DNA of 60,402 nucleotides, filler included, from Basidiobolus ranarum (lineage: Eukaryota): the NCBI GenBank assembly GCA_040143965.1. It is 6 parts of 6 records of this genome, joined end to end, with 100 filler letters (N's around TTAATTAATTAA, not from the genome) between each part and the next. Parts side by side here need not be neighbours in the genome. Positions count along the whole stretch, not along the records: positions 10,104 to 20,099 come from JASJQH010007631.1; positions 20,200 to 30,179 come from JASJQH010007632.1; 4 more parts are not named here. The stretch is one strand, 5' to 3'. Made by a program: the position numbers and the translations under genes. The notes under the pieces were generated by a model. The model did no database searches and was not told where the DNA came from. It saw nothing but the letters and a program-made list of their open reading frames with translations. Numbering within the stretch: position 1 is the stretch's first letter; every line of letters begins with the position of its first letter. Shown piece by piece: positions 13,246 to 26,092 of the stretch.

Positions 13246-14510
13246 TCATAGGGGCTTGATGCCAGCAAGTTTGCGAAGTTCTTCAAAGACTATGAAAGTT
13301 ACGATTGTATGTGGACCCATTCGTAGCCAATTCAACATAAACCCGCGATACAGCCCGAGGAATCCTTCGTATTTGATGGTCTTGAACATGCAATCCCATG
13401 TTCCTGTGTACTTATTTTTATCCTTTTGCAACATAAGTCTTGACTTTATCAAATCAATCGGTGAGGTTGTAAGTGCACACATGAAGCCTAAACAGTATAA
13501 TTGATTAGATGATGCTTGGCTAATGGGAATGAAAACTCGAAATCATCCTTTACCTGCCATAAACGAAGCCAGAAAGTGGGTGTACACTGAGTCACCCCTG
13601 TAGTTAAGCCCAATTAGTATTTGCTTAGATTGATCATAACTTGCTAGTTGGGAAGCTGTCAGAAGTACAGCACGTTGGGTGGTCGGTCCAACACCACGGT
13701 ATAGACCCCGAATACCTCCTTCCTCACGATAAATCCGGATAAAAGCATCTAAGGTAGATTTGTATGTGACTGCATTCGCCTTCGCTTGCATCCGGACTAA
13801 GAAAAGAGAGGTGAAAAAGTACTCAGGAAGGGTAGCTTGTTATTATACTCTCATACCTTTAACTAGATCTGTTGGGTTGGTAATACCGGCGCCAACAGCA
13901 CCAGCCACACCTCCAGCAATAACCTTTCTCCACAGGGGAAGGGGTTGATCTTTAGCTTCAGGGCTCGTAAGTAAGTTTTTAAATGGTTCGTAAAGACCCA
14001 TTCTACCGTGGAAGATAAATACAAGGTTGAGAGTCTAATAATGTAGAAAAATTCGCTAAAGAAGACCTACCGAAGTGTGGAGTAACTCCCTTCACGTAAC
14101 AGAGATGGAACTAATCCTTTGTATAGGTAAGCATATCCACTACCGGCCTCTTGCACTAACAGTAAGCGTGCCCGGTTCATATGATTTATAAATCCGAATC
14201 TAGAAACGTTCGCATTCATGAATCCGGGAGTTACGATTCCGTTCATAGGAGCGACAACATTTGAACGAGGGAGTAGCTGGGCGTGAGGATGTGGAGGTGA
14301 ATGCTCTATCATGGTCGAGACGGTGGCTGCTGGACGATGGGTTCGCTCGCCAACTAACTGCAAGCGTACCTTCAAAACGTCAACTGGATTTGTCACCAAG
14401 GACGCAGCCATACAGGCAATACCTCCAAATACAAACCGACTGGATGATTCGTAACGTTGAAAGGTATTTTTGATTTCCTCCGCGGGAATGTTGTGTGCTG
14501 CAGTACTCAT
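13246..14510 (-). CDS. Mitochondrial carrier (SLC25), oxoglutarate/dicarboxylate/UCP-like subgroup, 4 exons
   Basis: Three Px[DE]xx[KR]xR signatures (PVDVLKVR, PTDLVK|VR, PIDLIKSR); contact points REGSYSTLR, RAVLLTASQLASYD and RMGPHT. Confidence 0.92.
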
Positions 14511-16822
14511 TTCAATGGCCGGTTAAGTTGAAAAGAAATTCTCCAAATGGATGAAGGGGAATATCGAGAGTTTTATATGGTAGAAGTTGCTTCTACTCTA
14601 ACAACTTGTGTGAAAATTCCACTGAATTTCCATCCTCACACCAATCAGATAGAGATCGAAAGTACAATTGCAGTAGTGTGTTTATCACCAATGAAATTAT
14701 CTTCAATAACCGGAAATCCATACATGCACAAACCATGTTCACGATCTGGTAAATATAAAGCCACTTTGCGGAGCATCAATTGGTCGGATGTGAATTTTGC
14801 GCTGATTTTAGACTCCATAATGGTACAGTAACAAGTCATTGGTAATGCATAGTTAGCATTGTTAGGGTCACTCCATTTGGTAGTCAAAATCAACTCAAAT
14901 GTCGCGATTTTGACGATTTCCAAATAAGGTAATTTTCGGGCCAAACTTCGGAAGGGGGTAAATATAATAGCATATCATATATTTCTGCTTCGACATCTCA
15001 TAATCGGATTACTCATTCAGCGATGTTTCCGACTGGTTCTGGTAATCAGCAATTCTGCATCTCACAGATTAGTAGCGTTTGAAAGCACTCTATTCTGAGG
15101 AATTGCCATACGTTTATGCCAAGGCAACTTTCGTGGATCTCCAAATATGCATAACATATGCCTTATTAATAGCCATGACTTCTCTACCAGCTCTGAGATG
15201 TACTCACCGCCCTAAATACTGATAATAAGCGACAAAGCTGTTTCAATATGAATGAGCTTGGTCTACTCTCCTAGTGTTTATAAACCCTCATTGTGCGAGG
15301 TAAGCTTTGCACCTAAAGACAGGCTTCAAAGATTGAACTTCATGTGGATTTACGTTGACCCGTTGACAAAATGAATCGATGTAGTCGATCAATTTAGATA
15401 GGCCTATCTCAATATGCTTGAACTCAATCCAATACATAATCTATGTTTATATTGGCTAGCCAAAATCCGAGATTACCGTTTGTGTTGTATCTCATCAATG
15501 TTCAAATCGGAGGACTAAACCCTCATCCAGCATTACCCAAAACAATACCACTATGGTCCTATACAGTCCCTCGACTTACTTTTCTTATCAATCAACCACT
15601 ACCATCTATTCTTTGAAAGATCATCTCGAGTGCCCACCTTTGATGATGATGATTCTGAGCAAGTAAAAACCATATGGCTAACACTAGAGACCTCATTAGT
15701 AGCTCAATTCAGTGAAATTGCGTGTCCTACATCATCTGATGTTACAGGTATAAGTACAAAGTGGGATGGGAGCATTTACTGAGATCTAGCAATTCCAAGG
15801 TAACTGAATTAACGAAATTCACATAAAAATCCTCCTTAAACGACAGATAGATTGGATATATATATTTGGATAATCACTTGAATTCAAAATATCCACCATC
15901 GATGAAGAACTAATCTGGGAGAATAATTGCGAAGATATATATATGCATGGTGAGAGTTGTCGATATATGGAGGTGGTATTGGATATGTTTGGGATAATCA
16001 TAAGATATGGAGCTTGTGCTGACACTATTTTGAGATAGCAAATGCTGAATATAATAATCAAAACATCTTCCATCATATTGCCAGAATTGTGGGGTAAAGA
16101 CTGATCGCGCTTGATATGTTTAGATATTATATCTTTTTCTACTATAAGATCCAAAAATGATATAACAAGTATAAATAAAATCAACTGAATTTTTTGGTTC
16201 AGTGTGTCCCAAACCTACCTCTTCATTAATGCCCTCTGTGTCTCAATGATAATTACAATCTCACTCTAGTTTTCACTCATAAGGCTAGTTATCTAGCATT
16301 CACAGGACACCAAGTCTAACAGCCTAGCAACCTATCTCTCTACCATTACATAGCAAACACTTGCTATTCTTACAACCCATTTTGATCCAGATCTGCTCTG
16401 CCAATACCTCTGCCCAAACAGTTCTAAATTAATGTTCAGGACTTTTTTTCACTATTCTCTCGAGTACAACAATATGATTAATGTAAGTGAAGTTTTGGAT
16501 GGATTTTGGATCTTTGCCATCTCTACATTATCTCAGGATATAATATTTACGGTTAGCTTTAGTATTAGCTATATGCTTTCAAACATATTGCTGTAAGTAT
16601 TTGGGGTACATTGGAAGTATGTAGGGTAATTAAAAGAGATGTGTAATCCGATGGTGCTACGGAAGTTTAGAAATTGTATCAATTCTCAACGTATTCAATA
16701 TATCGAAAATACATATAATGCTTGTAATTTAAGTATGTTAAAAGCATGATTTAGGCACTTCACTGATAAGGTCTCCACATATAGTGCATTATGCTGAATT
16801 GTGTAAAAGTCAACCGTCCTAT

Positions 16823-17489
16823 TGTTGAAGTATTTGGAGAGTTTGTTGGACATGGTTTGGAGAACTAGAAGAATAGGTGGTTTTCACTGATTAATTTATT
16901 GCGTAGAAGTTTGACATTTATAGTTTTGTCAAGAGGTAGACAAGAAACGTATAGAATATGTTAAGGAATGTGTTCACAGTTTGCAGCTTCTAGGACCAGC
17001 TTGCAAAAAATATATTTGAGAACTTCTAAGTAAATTCTGTTGAAATTAGCAATGCATAAGCACCTATATAGTTCTATATAGCTTAGTACTTAGTTATCTT
17101 ATATTTCACTAAGATATTACCCATTATTCTCAATCGGAATATACTTAGAATATTGACACCAACTTAGAAGTTCTCAGATATATAGATTTTTCAAACTTGT
17201 GCTAGAAGCCCCAAACTGTACACACATGTTCCTGGGATCTTCCGTAACAAATTCTACACGTTAGTTTTCTTACATCTTGACAAAACTATAAATGTCAACT
17301 TTCAACTCAATAAAGCAATAAGTGAAAACCACCAACTTCTCTAATTCTCCAAACCACTTCCAACAGGCTCCCAAATACTTCAACAAATTCCTCTTGAGAA
17401 TAGTGGGTGGTATTTTTGTGAAATATGGAGGGACTAATTGATAAGCTATGTATGACTATATAGCTGTTTAGACTATGTTAATTTCAACA
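16823..17489 (-). mobile_element. Solo LTR (Copia family A, diverged subfamily) interrupted by a second solo LTR
   Basis: TGTTG...CAACA termini, 5-bp TSD CCTAT (16818-16822 / 17490-17494). Homologous to the LTRs at 28256, 51059 and 51825; orientation taken from the PPT next to the 28256-28602 copy. Confidence 0.88.
17038..17385 (+). mobile_element. Solo LTR (Copia family A, ~348 bp) nested in opposite orientation
   Basis: TGTTGAAATTAGC...ATACTTCAACA; 5-bp TSD AATTC (17033-17037 / 17386-17390). Confidence 0.9.
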
Positions 17490-19457
17490 CCTATCAGATA
17501 TCAATAACTTCCAAGATTATAGGACTAAACTAATAACATACTTTATACATATCTCAGCCATCTATAGGATCATATATGATCTATGGAAATGTTGACAAAT
17601 GGCAAACACCAAGTCTTCGAACCCTCCTTACTTTTTGCATGCTTGGAGATTGCATCCTTACCAGTAGCGTCACTTATTTCGATGTAATCAAGCTTTGCAC
17701 ACTCAGTAATCACCCTGAGATGAAAGCATGTAGCTCTCGACCGTGTCAAAACAGCTCAATATTCATTGTGAATAAGATTGGTCCACATCAGATAGTTTGG
17801 CAGAGTACTCTGGAGTAGATAATTGGCATCTTCCAGCATGGAATTTCCCTTCACATTGCTTAATTGAACCTCTAGCCAATAACCAAATATAAATATGATA
17901 TGTCTTTGAGAGTAACTTTTGAGGGTGATAGAAGCATATATTTTGATGATAACATGCAAAAGATAAGAAAACAGAGTTTTGAGGCCGCCCAAATAGTTTT
18001 AGATGTTATTTTACTACAGTATGGACTCCATATAACCGGTACACACCGTTCAAAATAGGTAATGAACTGGGCGTATACTTACTATTATGCTAGATTCGTT
18101 GATCCAAATCAAATGTTGGGGCTGTATGATATAGCTAACATATTCACATTTTAGAGCATTGAGGATCGACATCAATTACTACATATACTTAAAAGCATTA
18201 GCCAATTATTATCAACCCAACCAATACAGACTGCATGAACTTCCAAACAATATATACCAAATATTTAAATAGGTAAACACTAAACTAAATGATATGATAC
18301 ATTTGAGATTATTCACAATTGTGTTGGAGCTTCACGGCGTATATAAGATCACAGGAATATTGTGCGTCGGCGTAAGTCGCATAACATGGGTCTTATTTAG
18401 AATGCCCTACATCATCTTCTAACTCCCCGATAGCAGTATGTTCTCGTGATATTTATTAGTTTTGAAGGCTCTAACGTAAAATCTTCTAGAGATTCATTAG
18501 AGAACTATCAGATTGAGTTTGATAGGTTCTCTCTCTGCTGGTTAAGACCAGAACATACATTGTCCGAAACTAGCAATCATGTACACTAAAGTGGTTTTGT
18601 GTGAATTTGATTTGAGAGTGGCTATGGGCAATATGTACCGTTACAGATACTTTGAACACTGATGCAGTTATTACCCAGGTCGACGAATTGTCAGGTATTA
18701 CAGCATTCATTGACAATCTGGCCATTCTGTACGTGTAGCCTCTTTCTTATTCGGGATAGCCTTTGAGCTGAGTTCTTCTAGCTGTAGCTGACTTGCTGAG
18801 GAATTTACCACCACTTCAATAGACCAATCCAAGTACCAGAAAGCACCAAACCAGCCATAACCCATCAACCTTAAATGTTGGGGGGGTGGGGTTCAAAACC
18901 ACGACCCGAGTAAGAGGTAAGGAACTGCAGCTATCATAGCATTTCTTGGACACGACAACTATAGACGTAGCAGTAGCGCATATATATGATTCCACGTGTA
19001 ACAAAAGTGGTACTTAGAATCCAAGTACATAGGAGGTTATATTGTAAATATTCAGTTACGCCTAATGTGGCGGCGAATCTGTGATCTCTGTTTTAGGAAT
19101 TGCATGGTTCATGTAAAATAGGGTTGCCATATCCACGAAGCAATTAGTTTCGGAATTGTGGCGAATCGACTGTGTACATTTTAGGATATTCCTGGAGGCT
19201 AGCTAGTTAGCAGCAGAGTCTTGAGTGAATTAAGATTGTTTATTCCAGAATGAATGGCCAAGGATACTGCCTAGATCATGGCAAAATCAATATTTTCCGC
19301 CATTTCTCAGTTTAGATGCAAATCACTGATTGGATTTCGAACGTTCTAAGATGAACAGCACCATAATTCGAATCTTATAAATCTGTGTTACAAGTGATAC
19401 TTTTCACTTTATGCACCTTCGTATTCTCATTACAAGTCTCTTGGTTACTTACAAAAC

Positions 19458-20099
19458 ATGAAATGGATGCTACTTTTTAGGCACCGTTGTAGATATATGT
19501 TGCATATTCTTTACATACTATTTGTGCTGCCACTCTGTTCCAATGCCTATTTTACTTTAGAGTATCCAACTGGGTCGGAGCATGGAATCTTTCCTTCTCA
19601 CGACTTGTACGGCTCCTTTGATAGAAACGTTTCTCAATCTACTGCCTATGATTATACTGCAGCCATTGTACGCCTTCGCTTTAAAACAGGAGAGCAATGT
19701 TCGTTGCAATATGAGCCAAGTAATATAAATCTTCCGGATGAATGTAGCAAGAGATTGGATGGCTATGTTCTCTATGTCTCCTCGCGCGATATTTTGGATC
19801 ACCAATGTAACGGAATGGCCGAGGTAAGTCATGGAATTGGATGCATCTCCATACGTAGTTGTCCTTTGACGAGTTTGTACTTTGTTCGTAGATTTTTCAA
19901 AAACTCAACATAACAAGAGGCCACAACAGCACTCCTTTACATTTCGATTCTTACGGGCGCTCCTTCCTAGTGGTTCTTTTCTCTTCAATCACTTTGCAAC
20001 ATTTACAATTTGGAGGACCATCGGAATTCTCCGGCAAACATTTCGATTTTACTCCAGTATATGGTCGAACAGCAAATACCGACTTCAATAGTGGTCAAT
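19458..20099 (+). CDS. Secreted/membrane protein with signal peptide and possible PA-like extracellular domain, 3'-truncated by contig end
   Basis: Hydrophobic signal (ILYILFVLPLCSNA), Cys-containing extracellular region; intron 19824-19891 (GTAAGT...GTAG) continues the frame into the contig end. Confidence 0.55.
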
Positions 20100-20199
20100 N
20101 NNNNNNNNNNNNNNNNNNNNNNNNNNNNNNNNNNNNNNNNNNNTTAATTAATTAANNNNNNNNNNNNNNNNNNNNNNNNNNNNNNNNNNNNNNNNNNNN
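20100..20199. other. Artificial contig linker
   Basis: N44-TTAATTAATTAA-N44. Confidence 0.97.
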
Positions 20200-20686
20200 A
20201 TAGTAGCCACATGAGCTTTAGATGAATAGCTAGAGCCGTGATCAGATTTCCCAAATAGAATAGCGTAGAAGATAGTAAGGCTGTTTTTCTTGGACCGTTT
20301 CTTTCCAACCAGGGCCCCATAGTAGCGGCGGATATACCAAAAACACCTACGGCGATGGAAAAAGTGATGGGAGCCATCTTCTCGGTAGAGCCAGGGTGAA
20401 TAGCATTATCAATAGGATCATTGAATACACTCCAAGCATATAAAGATCCGCAACAAAATTGAATACTCACTGCAGCTGGCATGAGATGCCACCTATTAAA
20501 TGGAACACTTCCAATAAGATAACGCTCTCGCTCAATCTGTGCCTGATCTCTGTTCGAGGTTGTAGTACCATAATGCCAGAGAATTGCCCTCAATATTGGA
20601 TTTGAAGAGGTGCGAGGAGAAGGCTCGGAAAGCGAGTGGTGTATTTCCGCACCTTTGATTTCGCCATTGGATTGATTCTCAGACAT
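20200..20686 (-). CDS. MFS transporter, oxalate:formate antiporter (OFA)-like, N-terminal part only
   Basis: IQFCCGSLYAWSVFNDPI and MFS motif A-like GPWLERNGPRK; truncated at the contig boundary. Confidence 0.85.
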
Positions 20687-23525
20687 CTCTAAGCAACCTA
20701 AAACTACTACTAGTAAGTGGGGACGATGGAAGACACAAGAGAAGGAGTTGGAAAGAAACTATTTATATATATTGTACGCAATATCAAGGCTTTATGATCA
20801 GAAAATCTTCGAAATATCAAGAGTTTGAAGGCTGGATAAAGATTTCTATGGAAAATACTATCGTGTCGCGACTTTAAATACAAAACTCATCCAAGCTCTA
20901 ATTCATAGCATAATGCAGAGCATTCTACTTGAATACAAAGCCAATGGAATCTATAAATTTCCGAAACAGGAGCCAATCTTGCACATCAAAAACACGAATA
21001 CATGATATAGGTTTTTTATAGTAACTAGTAAGTGACATAACGGCTCAAGATACATAATAGCTTCTCAGATAAAATGAACCGTGTGATATCGAAAAGGTCG
21101 CAAATGAATTTCGTTACTTGCATATGCTGCAGCATCTCAGCAAATAAAGTTAATTGAGTATTCTTTGCATGTTCCCCATAGCAAATACAAACAGAAACTC
21201 TAAATCTTTTGGCGGCTAATGGTTTTTCCATTAAGCACAATGATCGATTGCCGACTCAAACGCAATAGTCAAATGTACGTTTTGTTGACTGATACTTGCA
21301 TTGACATTTATGTGATGCAAATGGGCTAACAATAACCCATTAGAACAGCTTATCATACCGCTGTCTGACAATAGTAGACCTGTGAGCCAGTTTAAACCTG
21401 CCCTCACATGCTCAGTAATTGAGAGACGGTATAACTATTGTAATAACGAATCTTTCACAGATGGTTCTGAAGCAACGTTGCTAATTTGACTTGTTGAAAT
21501 GGAAGCCTAGAATATATGATACACCTCAGGATAAGAGGAACTCTGACTCTATCTATGAACTTCTGTGGGACCTTCGAAGAGATGTTTCTCCATACATAAG
21601 CTTCAAATATCCGATCCTGATAACTTGATGCACTAGCAGTGGTATTTTCTCCTTCGGTAAGGCAATCCTGTTACATGACGTTAACAAAGATAATATGGTA
21701 TGGTGGAGTATACGATCATGTAATGCTACTCAAATCGAGATGTAGGAGCACAGTGGAGCAAATGATTGATTGTCACAGTGGCAAATAGTTTCCCCGAGCA
21801 TTCAGCAGAGCATGCATATCTCCATCTTCGAGTATTTTGAATGCCTAATACAAAAAGCGCTGATGAATCTATTTTATTGTAAGTATACACAATGTCTAGT
21901 CAAACGCTGAGATGTGTTCGTAGTACTGACCTCATGCCTGTCACAGTTACATCCACTAAACATGAATCAATATCAGCAAATCTGATATTTAAAGAAGCGC
22001 CTATTGTTTTTTAATTTGTTACCATAAACCTTGATGGTCAATTGTTCAACTATTATTACAGAACTGATACACCTGCGATTGCACATTTGTGATAAAAACC
22101 CATGTACCCAGTATATTTCGAATGGACCTTCACTCTTGATAAGGGTTGTCATTCATGCTTGTGCTATATTGAATAAAAAGACACTATGGACATGGTGTGC
22201 AGTAACGACTCCATCTCCATGTATTGCTGAAAAATGCCAACTCTTGACTTATTCCTTGCTTTTTAAACTTCCAAAAATAGCCCAAAGTTCATCGGTGCAT
22301 GTTACCGCATGTGTATAACGAATTAAATTGTTGATTTCCCCAACTATGGTTTCGATTCTCGATATTCTGATCCTGCGAGGTTTAAAATAGGGCATTGACT
22401 ATAATTGTGCTCACATATATACTAAGCAAGCTCAAGATACGTTAATTGTTGACTCCGAAAACCTCGAGCAATTCAATTCGCTCCTTTTTATCTATTCTCC
22501 TTGAATGTACAAGAAACCAGTTTTAGGCAAATATGTCAACCGACTTCTTTTCATCATTGTAAGGATTGTTGTATACAAGCAGGCGAAACTTTTCTTAGCG
22601 ACTGAAGCATATCCTTTAACAGAAATAATCATATTGGATCAGCCTCATCCTCCTTCTGACTTCTCAACGGATAGTTTAGCTTAATTTGGGCTTCTTCAAA
22701 TCACATGGCTTACAGGCTTCACGAGATATTTTGAATTCTGGGAAGGGTTCCAACTCGAGATGAAGCGCATTGACATTGAGCTTGAGATCGCTCTTCATCT
22801 ACCATAATTATGGAGTACTACAATAGATGAGACTATGTAAACAAATTGTTTACGGGTTGCATCTAGGGTCATGTGAGGGGAACACCGGCACTAATCTTGG
22901 CTACATTTCGGCAGTATCTAATGAAAGTACGCTCAGTCTATACAGTTTACTTGAAAATCCATGACAATCAAGACTGCAAATAAGCAATCTAATTTTATAT
23001 GCAAAAATTCATCGAGCTACTTCGTATATAATATTTAGTTCTTGTTTATAGAGCCTTCCTATAAGCTGTTTTTTGCTCAGAAACGGTGGCCTTTTCCAAG
23101 GAAAGCTCAGCATCCGATAACCTTCATAGGAATGATTTAGGAACCTTGGCGACAGAAATATTACATTGAAGTATAGTGCAGATCAATGTCTTGCTTAAAA
23201 AACACGTCGATCACTCTGCAAAATGACTGAATAATACACTATCCTCTATTATCCTCTGATTTTCTACGATCTATCCTCACTTTCGCTACAATTCGATGGC
23301 GTATACTAAATAATTCATATTATCGGAATAATCGTGAGATACTCGCACGAATCAGTTATGTAGGTAAAGTTCCCGGGTAAAATATTTTTGCATCTCATCC
23401 CTGAAACTGAACCAATCAGGTCATCAATCTTGAGAGCAGATTAGGTTTGATAAAATGTAGGTAGCAAGTTAAGGCAATTCCTCTCATTCCCATTCCCCAG
23501 CGGCCGTTAAAAGCCACTATCAAAA

Positions 23526-23986
23526 ATGGTATGTATCTATTACATATAGCTGAATACATCCAACAATATTCGACAAAATCGCACCACCGTGTTAGATATT
23601 TCAACCAGCGGTGTTCGGAAGAACCTATATTACCTTGTCGCTTATTTGTTGTTTTACCAAAGAACATGCTGGTCTGACCATAACTAATTCTTCGTAAACT
23701 ATAGACCAAGGGTACCCAAAGTTTTGGTAAGCGTCACACCAAGAGTCATACTCTCTGCCGTCGTTGCGGTAAGCGCTCTTTCCATAACCAAAAGAAGACC
23801 TGTGCTTCCTGTGGTTATCCCGCTGCTAAACTCAGAAGCTTTAACTGGGGAGAGAAGGCTAAGCGTAGAAAGACTACTGGTACTGGTCGTATGAGACATC
23901 TTAAGAACGTCTCTCGTCGTTTCAAGAATGGCTTCCGTGAGGGTACTCAGGCTCAAAAGATCTCTACCAAAGAGGCTTCTGCTTAA
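23526..23986 (+). CDS. RPL37: 60S ribosomal protein eL37 (exons 23526-23528, 23705-23986)
   Basis: [40 protein letters not shown]...[20 protein letters not shown]...TAG intron directly after the ATG. Missed by the ORF track. Confidence 0.97.
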
Positions 23987-24711
23987 GCCCAGTGATCTAA
24001 ATCACAGAAGAAACTGACATTTCGAAACTATTGTCCTACCATCAATTAGAACAAATAAATACGCGACATTCCAAGGCTTTGTCTTTGCATAGCGCGTCAA
24101 TTGTATGTGTTCATCTCATCTGTTATTTTCGTACAAGTCGTTGACTATTATTAGTATTTTTACCATTCCTAAGACTTGCATCTTAGCTTGACTTTCAACA
24201 TGAAAGCGATATATGGTGTCGTTCCAAGCGCCATCTTTATGTATCGCCACTCCGACTGAAATGTCTTGTGATCATGTAGTAGTTCTAAAATCACAATACA
24301 GCAAGTCGAGTAGATATAGGTGAAAAATTACGGCTAGTAGAGCTGCTGAAAATTTGTATGTCGTTCTGCTCAAATGGTCTGCCCAAGTGAGCATATGTTA
24401 ACATCAAATTTCCTTGTACATATTATCATGGTTTTAATAAACGACAATTTCAATCGGTAATTTGACACAACAACCCTTTAATATACTAAATCAGATCAAT
24501 TTCACGAAAAAAAAGAAGTTTCGAACAAGCTAATATATTCATCATTTAACTTGAAGCACAATAACAGTACGAGACTCGTTTCTACATCTAAATCCTTTAG
24601 TCCCTTTTGTATCTACGTCATTATAGCTCTAGCTACTTGATACATTCTCTTGGTTGGTCGTTAAATCAGTTTTTCAAGCGCAAACTTTTATTTCTTGACC
24701 AACGTTCCAAT

Positions 24712-26092
24712 ATGGATCCCGCAGATGCCGAGGGGTCCTCCAAACTGCTAGTGGATGAGCAAGGTGAGTTTCTTTTTACAACTATTTGAAGCCAAAGATA
24801 GATCCTGTATACTAGATAGAGCGAATTAAGAAACATATATACAGAGTGCAAAATTTGCTTTCTTATTCTTGGCTTACCCAAACATATTGACAAGCTATTT
24901 TTTCGCATGAATTGGCATCAGAATCTATTCACGACTCGGACATCGATTCTGTCAGTGAGTCAGTTACCTGGGTTGCTTGGTTTTGTTCACTCTCAGGGAA
25001 CGAATACTTGATAGAAGTTACGGACACTTTCCTTGAAGATGATTTCAATTTTACTGGCTTAGGTTCTACAGTACCTTTTTACCGAGAAGCTCTGGAGATG
25101 ATTTTGGATATTGAGCCTGGTTTGTTGGCATTTCTGTATGTATTGGAACTATAGTGTTTCTAACCATTTTTTGCCATTCATTTGTTTGCTATCTTTTTAG
25201 AGCGGAAGTACTCTGGAGCTGATACTAGTCTAATTGAGTCGTCCGCCGAACGACTTTATGGTTTAATCCATCAAAGGTATATCTTATCACGTCAAGGAAT
25301 GAATCAAATGGTACGCACAACATATAGAAAGCCACTGCATCAAATAATCACCTATTCAGTACCACTATGCTAACCTCTATATGTGTATTGAAACGGCCAG
25401 GCCAACAAATACGAGCGAGGCGACTTCGGACTTTGCCCAAGGTATTACTGTAATGGAACACCTATGATTCCATCCGGTAGATCTGACTCATTGGGCGTTG
25501 AACCAGTTAAGCTATATTGCCCAAACTGTTTAGATTTATACACACCGCCTAGTTCTCGATTCCAGAGTCTCGATGGTAACTTCAGTTAGACACCACTAAT
25601 GACAAAGCACATAGACTTATCTGAGTTCCTTTAGGGGCCTTTTTTGGGACCACCTTCGCCCATATCTTTTTCATGACGTTCTGCCCAAGCATTTATACTC
25701 ACTTTAATACAGGGACTTATACACCACGTATTTATGGTTTCAAGTTGAATGAACGCAGCAATGCTGGGCCACATAACCGATGGTTGCGTATGCGTTATAG
25801 CTTGAACGACGATTCTAGTGAATCCTTGTCGGAGTCGGACATCTCGTCAGATTCAGAAGGCTGTAGACAAATTGTTCCTGGTTTTAATGGGATGAGATTA
25901 AGAGGAGAAGAAGTGGAAAGTCTAACCAGTCCAGCACAGGGTGAAACCACCTCTCGACATGATGGTGCCAAGTCTGAGCGCTCATCGATGTCCCGTTTTT
26001 CTAGCCGCCAACCACCCGATGGCAGCAGTCTTTCACTCAAAGAAGAGAAGCATGAAAGCGGTGCCCATAATTCCTCAAGTAAGATAGGTTGA
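24712..26092 (+). CDS. CKB1: Casein kinase II regulatory beta subunit, 5 exons
   Basis: WVAWFCSLSGNEY, DDFNFTGL, LYGLIHQRYI, zinc ribbon CPRYYC...YCPNC, DGAFFGTTF, YTPRIYGFKL. The CKB1 versus CKB2 assignment is uncertain. Confidence 0.92.

Noticed and set aside
15410-15470. ELNPIHNL peptide resembling the Tc1/IS630 DDE motif SPxLNPIE
   Set aside because: Catalytic Glu absent, no other transposase motifs and no TIRs; too weak to call.
19970-20686. ORFs running through N-runs and ending in LIN (also 29561-30235 and 50149-50385)
   Set aside because: They are translations of the TTAATTAATTAA linker, not real C-termini.
23699-23956. 85-aa Ser/Thr-rich minus-strand ORF
   Set aside because: Antisense shadow of RPL37 exon 2.
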